IMG/VR virus record: IMGVR_UViG_3300029319_000003 | Span: 32,001-96,000 of that record | Length of the DNA stretch: 64,000 nt | From: a virus | Reading direction: 5' to 3' (one strand) | Part shown: piece after piece, positions 44,379 to 52,095 of the stretch | How the letters are laid out: each line of letters begins with the position of its first letter | How positions within the stretch are numbered: the first letter of the stretch is position 1 | The notes under the pieces: generated by a model | What the model saw: the letters and a program-made list of their open reading frames with translations, nothing else | What the model was told of the DNA's origin: nothing | Databases searched by the model: none | Made by a program: the position numbers and the translations under genes

Positions 44379-44813
44379 TTATGATGTAACTGAGCCTGTG
44401 CCGACGCCACGATACAAACTGATATTTTCTGTGAAGTCGTTTTGAATTGGGGTCAAGCCTGCGATAATTTCGACGTTTGGGGTGCCTGAAGCCGCCTGAA
44501 GATATATCGAGGACACGCGAACTTCAAGGTGAAGCCACTCGGTCATGCTGTGGGGGAGCGTAATCCACGGTTGCTCGCCGGCAGTTGAACCGGTGATTCC
44601 ATTAGCGTGCAGTCCAAGTTTTACTGTTTCTCCCGACCCGCCAGTGTTTCTCAATTTGATAAACCTTGTAACATAGGGATTTGTACCATCGGGTGCAAAA
44701 GTCACTTCCTTTATACTGGTGTCTGTCTCAAATGTCTGCACCCAAGGGATGCCACTAATTTGATATGAGCCGACAGAGCCGACCCCAACTTGATACCTAT
44801 TGCCGAGAGCCAT
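44379..44813 (-). CDS. Small beta-rich virion protein, paralogue B
   Basis: Shares the motifs above and a 20-nt identity (TGATATGAGCCGACAGAGCC) with paralogue A. Confidence 0.8.
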   Translation of the reverse strand: MALGNRYQVGVGSVGSYQISGIPWVQTFETDTSIKEVTFAPDGTNPYVTRFIKLRNTGGSGETVKLGLHANGITGSTAGEQPWITLPHSMTEWLHLEVRVSSIYLQAASGTPNVEIIAGLTPIQNDFTENISLYRGVGTGSVTS

Positions 44814-44851
44814 CTATATTATCCCCTTTTAGCGCGTAAATCGAACATCAT

Positions 44852-44859
44852 TAAATAGT
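44852..44859 (-). promoter_or_regulatory. Candidate late promoter ACTATTTA
   Basis: 38 nt upstream of the ATG at 44813. Confidence 0.6.
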
Positions 44860-44898
44860 GATAATATTTTAAATTGACTGTTTCTGTCCTCAATAAAT

Positions 44899-44932
44899 AA
44901 AAAAGCACCGGGTAAGTTTCCCTACCCGGTGC
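44899..44932 (-). terminator. Rho-independent terminator after the fibre gene
   Basis: GCACCGGGTA (44905-44914) / TACCCGGTGC (44923-44932) stem, T tract on the minus strand. Confidence 0.85.
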
Positions 44933-44972
44933 AAGTTTTGTTTTTAGTCTATTGTTCTATCAATCAACAATA

Positions 44973-47081
44973 CTAGGCTACTGCGATAGCAATGTACTGA
45001 TAGCGTCGGTCGCCCGCCGGTGCGTTAGACAGATCAACAGAGACAGAGTTGTCATTCGAAATCGTGATCGGAACATCAACGATTTGACCTTGGTCATCAA
45101 CAACCTGCTGAATCAGGATCTGGCTGCCCAGACTGTGAGTAACAGTCTGAGGATTCGATCCACTGCCTGCCTGCAAGCCGGCACCGCCTGATGATGGAGC
45201 AGCAGAGGAAAAGCCATCAGCAGAAACTGACAGTCCCTGAGCAACACCAGCAGCGGTGATTGACCAAGTTCCGTTACCCAACTTACCGTCGGAATCCAAC
45301 GCTAAGTACTTAGATGGGGCTTCTCCGTCGTCTCCGTCGTTAACCTTAACCATCCATCGCGTCTTTTGATCGTCGTTGGTGCCGTCGTGTTCGAACAACA
45401 TGAACCCACCATTGTAGTAGGAGCCACCTGAAACGCGGGCACGGTAGTTGATGTGGAAAGGCTTATCACCCTGACCATTGGAGTTGTGATCTGATTGCAA
45501 GACAAGACCTTGCTGACCGTCTCCCTTTGCAGTACCGGGGGCGAAAAAGACTCCACCACCAAATTTTGCTGCCCAAGCGGCGTTGGTACCAAAAGTGACG
45601 TTAGAGCCAGCCAGAGGCTTGGCAACATCAAGAGTCACAACATCACTATGCGTAACACTGGCGTTAGAAGCAGCCAGAGTTGGGGCTTCCAGTTTGTGGA
45701 ATGCAACCCTTGCGGTGGCAGTAGCGTTCGCGCTTGTACCCGCATCTGTGAGAGTCGCTGAATCAACGTGGAACAAAACACCGTTAGTACCAGCAAGTTC
45801 ATCGGCTTCCATGTTTCTGTTGTTGGGGTCGATTGACACCAGTTGAGTAGTAATCATAGGAACCTCAAGCATGTTCTCGGAAGCGTCATAAGCGAAGCCG
45901 GATTCTGCCGACAGAACCCCATCGGTGCCAGTGTAGACGATCAATCCAGCACTCAACGAATCAGCAGTAAGTGTTTGAGCACGCACGTCGAAGCCACCAA
46001 AGTCCACGTCGGCGTCCATGCCGCCGATACCACTTTTCACGATGGCAAGATCTTGACCAGCCGAAGTGGTAAGAGTACCACCGGATACGTTCAGCGTCTT
46101 ACCAGTGCCAACAGTAACGTCGGATGTTGCGATGGTTGCACCGTCGATGGTTCCACCGTCAATGTCAGCAGTTGTTGCAACCAAAGATGCGGCAGTTGTA
46201 ACACCAGCGGCTGAAACCGTCAATTTATCTGTACCGTCTTGCAACTCCACGCCAAAAATATCAGCACTCTGAGATGCATGAGCAACGACTTTCAACTGAA
46301 TTTCGCCAGCAGCATCACCAGTGATGACGGCATTTGCATTAACAGCAAGAGAGTCGTTTGCTGTCAAAGCCGTGAACGTACCAGCAGCAGGAGTTGTTGC
46401 ACCAACGACACCATTCGCACCGGAGTCATCGAGTTGGAAGACTTGCGCCTCATCAACTTTGAATGTCATCTTACCCATGTGGGCGGTGTTGGATGCGGTC
46501 TTTGATTGAAAAACAACTTCGCTCAATTCTTTGCTGCCGTCCGCGTTGAGTGCTCGGACTTCAAGTGCCTCATTAGCACCGGTTCCAAGTTTCAACGTAG
46601 CATCGGCATTGTTTTGATCATCCAAAATCGAAACATCGCCAGTGAAAGCACCCGAGGAAGCAGCCAAGGCAGCGAATGTACCATCAACAGCAGAATTGGC
46701 ACCAATAACAGCGCCGTCAATTGAACCACCGTTAATGTCGGTAGTTGTCAAAACTGAACTGCCAATTGTCATGACACCAGTGCTGTCAGCGATTGTCGCT
46801 GAAGCGGTGCCGTCGTTCGCTTTCAAAGCAGCGGCTTGGACGTTTGTTGATGTAAGAGTGGTGATTGTGGTTGAGGCAATCGTTCCACCTTGAATTTTAT
46901 CACCAGAAATCTGGTCATTGGCAAGCGTCAATGTGCCATCGGACACATTAAGAGTCTTGCCGGTTCCAACAGTAATGTCGGATGTTGCGATGGTTGCACC
47001 ATCAATATTACCCCCGTCAATATCAGGGGCGTCAATGTTCGCGCTCAATAGTTGAGCGTCTACAATAATTCTTTCAGCCAT
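44973..47081 (-). CDS. Fibre-like virion protein with internal duplication
   Basis: 702 aa, Ala/Gly/Thr-rich; IDGGxIDGATIATSDxTVGTGKTLNVS occurs twice; C-terminal VTHSLG domain. Confidence 0.7.
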   Translation of the reverse strand: MAERIIVDAQLLSANIDAPDIDGGNIDGATIATSDITVGTGKTLNVSDGTLTLANDQISGDKIQGGTIASTTITTLTSTNVQAAALKANDGTASATIADSTGVMTIGSSVLTTTDINGGSIDGAVIGANSAVDGTFAALAASSGAFTGDVSILDDQNNADATLKLGTGANEALEVRALNADGSKELSEVVFQSKTASNTAHMGKMTFKVDEAQVFQLDDSGANGVVGATTPAAGTFTALTANDSLAVNANAVITGDAAGEIQLKVVAHASQSADIFGVELQDGTDKLTVSAAGVTTAASLVATTADIDGGTIDGATIATSDVTVGTGKTLNVSGGTLTTSAGQDLAIVKSGIGGMDADVDFGGFDVRAQTLTADSLSAGLIVYTGTDGVLSAESGFAYDASENMLEVPMITTQLVSIDPNNRNMEADELAGTNGVLFHVDSATLTDAGTSANATATARVAFHKLEAPTLAASNASVTHSDVVTLDVAKPLAGSNVTFGTNAAWAAKFGGGVFFAPGTAKGDGQQGLVLQSDHNSNGQGDKPFHINYRARVSGGSYYNGGFMLFEHDGTNDDQKTRWMVKVNDGDDGEAPSKYLALDSDGKLGNGTWSITAAGVAQGLSVSADGFSSAAPSSGGAGLQAGSGSNPQTVTHSLGSQILIQQVVDDQGQIVDVPITISNDNSVSVDLSNAPAGDRRYQYIAIAVA

Positions 47082-47102
47082 TTTTATTTCCCTCCATAAG
47101 AA

Positions 47103-47110
47103 TAAATGGT
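47103..47110 (-). promoter_or_regulatory. Variant late promoter ACCATTTA
   Basis: 21 nt upstream of the fibre ATG; one mismatch to the consensus. Confidence 0.45.
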
Positions 47111-47337
47111 AGTGAATACAATCTTGACTCTAAGATGCAATGTAGGTACACCACACCCATGCTTCAAGATGATTCGCCTATAACTACGCAGCACAACTTT
47201 GAAAATATCGAGGGCGCTTAAAAAGTTTTCTGAACCACTGTTTAAATTGAATAGGGCACAAAACCTTGTCAATATTTTTTTGAGCGCCCAAAACTATTAA
47301 AACAAGGATGCTTGGAACAATTTATTGTGTTTACTTG

Positions 47338-48045
47338 TTATACTCTAACCACATTTACAGTATATTGGTCGGTGGTTGGGACGGTAGACACATATACTGT
47401 CATTGCACTGGTTGACGTAAACTCAATTGGCACATCAATAATTGCATAAGGGCTGCTTGTCTCGCGAACAGTGACAACCAAGTCTCGACTCCCAAGATTG
47501 TGGGTTACGGTGAATGTATCTGCCACACCGTCACCTATTGTTGCAGCGTAACTTGTGCCACCGCCGGTGCCGAGGGCTGTCCAAGTGCCAGAACTATTTT
47601 TAAATTCTAAATTCCCACCATTGTCTCGGATACCATAACCAGAAGCACCAGTGGTTGATCCCCAATTGAGATATGAACTGGCATCCATCTGCAACCCGGT
47701 CAAAGAGCCGAGAGAGGTAATATTTGGCTGGGCTGCTGTCGTTAGCGTACCACCGAGAGACGTTGCGGTGATCGCATTAGTGGCAGCGTCTAATGTAATG
47801 GTGCCGCCTTCGCCGGCAAGGGTCAAACTGCCACCAACGAACTCATGCGTATCGTCGTTAGAATCACCAAAGGCGGTGGAGCCAGATTGCTTTACAACAA
47901 TTTTTTCATTGACCACAAATTTATTAGCAGTAATGTTTCCATTTACTGCCAAATCTTCACGAATCAATTTTGAGCCATCAACCTGAGTTTCAATCCCAGA
48001 TGCAATGGCTAACCCTGTGCTTCTTTTGCCTGCTGAATAAGCCAC
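47338..48045 (-). CDS. Short fibre-like virion protein
   Basis: GSTAFGDSNDDTHEF, GYGIRDNGGNLEFKN, C-terminal VTHNLG domain; GTG start with AGGAGA RBS. Confidence 0.7.
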   Translation of the reverse strand: MAYSAGKRSTGLAIASGIETQVDGSKLIREDLAVNGNITANKFVVNEKIVVKQSGSTAFGDSNDDTHEFVGGSLTLAGEGGTITLDAATNAITATSLGGTLTTAAQPNITSLGSLTGLQMDASSYLNWGSTTGASGYGIRDNGGNLEFKNSSGTWTALGTGGGTSYAATIGDGVADTFTVTHNLGSRDLVVTVRETSSPYAIIDVPIEFTSTSAMTVYVSTVPTTDQYTVNVVRV

Positions 48046-48071
48046 TTACAAAATCTCCTGCCGGTTATTCG

Positions 48072-48079
48072 TAAATAGT
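48072..48079 (-). promoter_or_regulatory. Candidate late promoter ACTATTTA
   Basis: 26 nt upstream of the GTG at 48045. Confidence 0.6.
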
Positions 48080-48083
48080 TGGC

Positions 48084-48545
48084 TTATCCCAATCCGTCAC
48101 CGGACTCGTAAATCACATCTTGTCCGTGACCAGAAAGTTCTGAGATAATACATACTTCAACCGTCTCACCTGACGTTGAGTCGTTTGCGGTATTTACAAT
48201 TGTAATATAAAACCTTCTGTGTGCAACATTAAAACTAATTGAAGAATTGTTTGATCGGAGGGGCACATAATTGCCACCAGCCATTGGGTTGCCATCAGCC
48301 TCGGAAAGAAAATGCACTCGCACTTCTGTGTCTCCCGGCAAAGATAAAGCAACCACTTGTGTGCTGCGTGCTGTCGAGGGGTAGGTAATTACGGGCTGCT
48401 CTTGCCCAGCGGGTGTATTTGAAGCGTTCCAGTCGTTATCGCTGGCACAGGTATATGTTTTCGTCAAGCAATACGGAACACCGGGAACAAGATGACCTCC
48501 AGCGTTTCGATACGATCCTCTGTACATAAATCGTAGATCTGGCAT
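48084..48545 (-). CDS. Small virion protein, distant paralogue C of the 44-kb pair
   Basis: GSYRNAGGHLVPGVPY versus GSVGSYQISGVPW; VRVHF...NYVPL...ISFNVAHRRFYI parallels VKLGF...PWITL...HLEVRVSSLFL. Confidence 0.6.
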   Translation of the reverse strand: MPDLRFMYRGSYRNAGGHLVPGVPYCLTKTYTCASDNDWNASNTPAGQEQPVITYPSTARSTQVVALSLPGDTEVRVHFLSEADGNPMAGGNYVPLRSNNSSISFNVAHRRFYITIVNTANDSTSGETVEVCIISELSGHGQDVIYESGDGLG

Positions 48546-48546
48546 G

Positions 48547-48810
48547 TCATCTCCCCTTCAAGCGTCTTTGTCTTGCTCTTTCTCTCTTGCGTGCAATACG
48601 GCGTGCATCGCGCTCACGTCGGCGTTGAGCCGCTTCGCGCTTCAGCCTCTTCTTAACGGACGGCTTAACATGACGCCGAGCCGATGCGCTCTTTTCACGA
48701 ATTAGTTTATCTACTTCTTGTTTCTTTACTGTTCTAATGAAGCGCCGAATTAATCTTTCAGAATTCTCATTACGACGCGCCTTAACTTGTACAATTGCTG
48801 CTCTAGCCAC
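48547..48810 (-). CDS. rpsU: Phage-encoded ribosomal protein bS21
   Basis: VQVKARRNENSERLIRRFIRTVKKQEVDKLIREK...HVKPSVKKRLKREAAQRR fits bS21 (V.vr..E..E.alrRF.r.v.......e.r....y.KPS..r..k...A.rr); GTG start, AGGAGA RBS. Confidence 0.8.
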   Translation of the reverse strand: MARAAIVQVKARRNENSERLIRRFIRTVKKQEVDKLIREKSASARRHVKPSVKKRLKREAAQRRRERDARRIARKRERARQRRLKGR

Positions 48811-48821
48811 GGTATCTCCTG

Positions 48822-49391
48822 TTATCCATCTGCCATCCTCTTCCAGATACCTGTGTTGCCCATTAGACCAGAAATATCAATGCCGGCATCGTTTGGATCC
48901 ATGCCCGACAAAGGACCATGACCTCCACTACCGGCATCATTTCCAGCCGCATCTACTGCCCCGCCGCTTGACAGTGGGGCTGTTCCTTCAAAAATATTAA
49001 CACCGTTATAAGCATCTTTGCCGATGCTGTCTAGCATCTTTCTATGCGCTGCCTTGCTTGCTGCGGCTGCTTGCTTTGCTTTCTGCTCTTCCAGCAAACG
49101 CGCATCTGCTTCGGGATCAGACTGCTGTCCTTCATAAAATGTTCCCGGTCCTTGCATTCCAGTCATGCCACGAACCAAGTCAACGCGAGGTGTCCGATCA
49201 ATCTGCTTTGCACCGGGATGAACCAACGGACTCATTCCAACGGCAACCTCTGACACCACTCGCGTCAAAACACCGTTCTCTTCATACAAAACATCTTTAA
49301 TTTGAGTACGAATTGTTTCTACTTCTTCCTGAATACACTCTGCGACAATTGGTTTTAAAAGTTTCTTCAGTTGTTCCTTATTCATAATCAA
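48822..49391 (-). CDS. Hypothetical head-region protein
   Basis: 189 aa; MNKEQLKKLLKPIVAECIQEE N-terminus, Gly-rich C-terminus. Confidence 0.75.
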   Translation of the reverse strand: MIMNKEQLKKLLKPIVAECIQEEVETIRTQIKDVLYEENGVLTRVVSEVAVGMSPLVHPGAKQIDRTPRVDLVRGMTGMQGPGTFYEGQQSDPEADARLLEEQKAKQAAAASKAAHRKMLDSIGKDAYNGVNIFEGTAPLSSGGAVDAAGNDAGSGGHGPLSGMDPNDAGIDISGLMGNTGIWKRMADG

Positions 49392-49984
49392 TCCACAATA
49401 TCATTAAGAAGCCGGTTAATCCTATCTGCCTTAGAAAAGATTTCCTGCTCCTTATTTTCTTTAATCATATAAGCCCCAGCCGTCGATGGCTCGGACACAA
49501 AATCAAAACAAATTAATTGAAAGTCATCTTCAACAATTGTTTTACCGTTGGCGTCTTCTCTAACAGAGCCCAGACCCCGCGATGAAATACCCAACTTCAC
49601 ACCGGAATCAACAAGTGATCTCAAAATGTTGCCAGAGGGAGTATTAAGAATCTTCACCTTGCCCATAACATTGTCGCCATCCCACCACAGCCCTGTGACC
49701 ATGTGAGAGGCGTTCTTTAAGTTAACAACAGAGTCTTCAGGGTGATCAAGTTCGCCAAGAGCGCGTGCCTCACTAATAATCTTTGCATAGTTTTTAACTT
49801 CGCGTTCAAGCACGGGGCGAGGATAAACTCGACCGTTGCCGTTAACAGCATTGCACCGCTGCATCACTCCGCTCAAATACATCCCGCCGGAGGCGACATG
49901 AGCCTTTTCATCTTCAGTCAGAAGATCTTGGCACTGCCCACCCTCGCACAATTCATAATATTCTCTTAATAATACTTTACTCAT
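49388..49984 (-). CDS. Prohead protease (T4 gp21-like)
   Basis: NGNGRVYP, ALGELDHP, GISSRGLGS, FDFVSEPS. Confidence 0.93.
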   Translation of the reverse strand: MSKVLLREYYELCEGGQCQDLLTEDEKAHVASGGMYLSGVMQRCNAVNGNGRVYPRPVLEREVKNYAKIISEARALGELDHPEDSVVNLKNASHMVTGLWWDGDNVMGKVKILNTPSGNILRSLVDSGVKLGISSRGLGSVREDANGKTIVEDDFQLICFDFVSEPSTAGAYMIKENKEQEIFSKADRINRLLNDIVD

Positions 49985-49988
49985 GTCC

Positions 49989-50225
49989 TTAGTCCTGAAT
50001 TGATTCCTTTTTTACCCAAATAACATTTACTGGTGATTCAAAGATCTTGGCGATCTTGTGTTCGACGTGGACAGCAACATATTCGCCACCTCCAGTCCAA
50101 GGTAGCCGTGAACCCTCAATCTCCTCCACTGACGTGAACTCGCGAGTGCAGGGGTAGTAAAAATTATAATGACCAATCTGACTGGGCTTTACTTGCGATA
50201 AAGCCCTGATTGTTACTTGAGACAT
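49989..50225 (-). CDS. Hypothetical protein
   Basis: 78 aa with RBS; GCTATTTA box 20 nt upstream. Confidence 0.65.
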   Translation of the reverse strand: MSQVTIRALSQVKPSQIGHYNFYYPCTREFTSVEEIEGSRLPWTGGGEYVAVHVEHKIAKIFESPVNVIWVKKESIQD

Positions 50226-50244
50226 TTATTGTTCCTTTCCTGTC

Positions 50245-50364
50245 TTAAATAGCGGGCGCGACCCGCCCGAGTTTGCTGCCCTTGCAACAACGGCGAACTG
50301 GCTGCAAAGCCCACTTAGTTACGAAAAAATCCATAAAACTAAACATTGGAATTGTTAGTGCCAT
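50245..50364 (-). CDS. 39-aa small ORF with a CC motif
   Basis: AGGAGG RBS then ATG 50364: MALTIPMFSFMDFFVTKWALQPVRRCCKGSKLGRVAPAI. Confidence 0.55.
   Translation of the reverse strand: MALTIPMFSFMDFFVTKWALQPVRRCCKGSKLGRVAPAI
50246..50253 (-). promoter_or_regulatory. Variant late promoter GCTATTTA
   Basis: 20 nt upstream of the ATG at 50225, overlapping the small-ORF stop. Confidence 0.45.
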
Positions 50365-50689
50365 TTTCAACCTCCTTACTTGTGGATGAGTTAACGTATT
50401 CAACTTTAAAACCGCAGTCTCCAACAATCATGCTCAAGGCATAAGAGGTTGCAGAACTTAACCAGCCGCAAACCAAAGCGTTAACAAGTGTATAATCAAA
50501 TGTAAATAGTTCCGTCCATGCATTTATTCCAAACAAAAATAAACCACTCCAGAATCCCAAACACATGGGACAGTGAAATAGTTCTCCAAGTTTGCCCTTT
50601 GTTGGTCTAACAGAATCAAAGATTGTTCCATATACAAGAATCTGTGTCAGACCGTGGGACGCTAATACAAACCAAACCAACTCATTCAT
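50339..50689 (-). CDS. Membrane protein, DUF1360-like
   Basis: Three hydrophobic segments; ELFHCPMCLGFW. Confidence 0.7.
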   Translation of the reverse strand: MNELVWFVLASHGLTQILVYGTIFDSVRPTKGKLGELFHCPMCLGFWSGLFLFGINAWTELFTFDYTLVNALVCGWLSSATSYALSMIVGDCGFKVEYVNSSTSKEVENGTNNSNV

Positions 50690-50698
50690 GCATCACCT

Positions 50699-51247
50699 CT
50701 ATGATCGCCAGCCGTGGGTGCCGGGGTACTGACCTCTCGGATTAATACTGCCCTTGCTTGTTGCATGGGGTACTTCGCCCATCTCTGTGGAGTGCTCCTC
50801 TTCTGGCTCCAAAAGATGATCTTCAAACTGTTCTTCCCAAGCCTCTTCGGCAACGTAACTTTCTCGGAACTCTTGCATATACTTTCCAATTGTGTATACA
50901 ATAATATCTACACTGTTTTCAGCGTCGGCTGGGAAGGTTGCTTCCAGCGAGTTAAAGACGTTTCCTGCTCTGATGCTGTCCTCAAATATAACACCATTGC
51001 GATTTAGAAAATCGTACATTTCAGACTGGACACCGTAAGTGTCATCTGTTACACCGGATTTTGTCATGGTTAAAATTTTATTTTTGTCTGGCATGACAAT
51101 AACGTCAAATGATGGATGGTCTTTGATGGCGTAGTTCCCGCCCATCGTCTTTCGGATGACCATCTCCATCTGTGCTTGGGGAGTCGGCTTGACTTCAATA
51201 TCGACCTGCTCTAGAGCCTCGTCTGCAACTTTGAGTGTGATTGCCAT
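50699..51247 (-). CDS. Hypothetical protein
   Basis: 182 aa; 1-nt overlap with the upstream gene. Confidence 0.75.
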   Translation of the reverse strand: MAITLKVADEALEQVDIEVKPTPQAQMEMVIRKTMGGNYAIKDHPSFDVIVMPDKNKILTMTKSGVTDDTYGVQSEMYDFLNRNGVIFEDSIRAGNVFNSLEATFPADAENSVDIIVYTIGKYMQEFRESYVAEEAWEEQFEDHLLEPEEEHSTEMGEVPHATSKGSINPRGQYPGTHGWRS

Positions 51248-52095
51248 TATGCAACCTCCCTGACAAGTTCTTGAATCTTAAGAAGACGTTTAAGGTTCCC
51301 TTCATTGATTGGAGTAGTCTTATACTCTTCAAGAATTGCCAAAACCCTCTTTGCATTGTCAAGCATTGTAGAGTCAGACTTGATCTCTTCGATTGTTAGT
51401 GATTCAGTCACGGCATCTCGCAAACGTCCAATCTCTTCGTTGAGGTATTCGTTCAAACTGATGCCTCCATCCGAGAAGGAGAAAATATAGCGCATCAATA
51501 CTTGCTGCTGCTCTTCATGGAGCGACTGCTTGTATGTCTGATTAAACTTCTCTGTAAAAGTCTTAAACACTAAGTTATCAACGTGCTCAAGTGGCTCAAG
51601 TGGCTTTTCTTCTGGTGCAGCCGTAGACATTTTTGCAACAATCTTTTCTTCTAAAATCACACGATCCTTGACAGATGCTGTACCTCCGAAAATCTGTGCG
51701 ATTGTTGCCAAAGTCTTGTAGTCGGGCACAAAGTTAGAATATACCTCGCCGCCAAGTTCAATATTAATTCTTTTAATCAAGCGCGACTGCTCAACGAACA
51801 AGGCAGTTCGGTCCACTTTGGTGTCATGCTCTTTTCTTGTCTCCGACACCATCTTTTCTGCCACTCGGGGCTTCAACTCTTTAGTGTCGGTCAAGACGCC
51901 ATACAACTGCAACTCTGTATAAAGTTGAGTGCCCTTATGAAAATGCTCTTGTAGGATTCTCATAACTCGCGCTTGACGTGGCGTGTCTTTTGCCACAATA
52001 GTTTTGGTTAGTTCGTTGCACAACGCCTCATATAGAAATGCAGTATTTCGCTTTTTGTTGTGCTTGAACTTTTTAAGTTTCTGATTTGGTTTCAT
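51247..52095 (-). CDS. Hypothetical head-assembly-region protein downstream of portal
   Basis: Start likely 52095; KFKHNKKRNTAFLYEAL; helical. Confidence 0.75.
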   Translation of the reverse strand: MKPNQKLKKFKHNKKRNTAFLYEALCNELTKTIVAKDTPRQARVMRILQEHFHKGTQLYTELQLYGVLTDTKELKPRVAEKMVSETRKEHDTKVDRTALFVEQSRLIKRINIELGGEVYSNFVPDYKTLATIAQIFGGTASVKDRVILEEKIVAKMSTAAPEEKPLEPLEHVDNLVFKTFTEKFNQTYKQSLHEEQQQVLMRYIFSFSDGGISLNEYLNEEIGRLRDAVTESLTIEEIKSDSTMLDNAKRVLAILEEYKTTPINEGNLKRLLKIQELVREVA

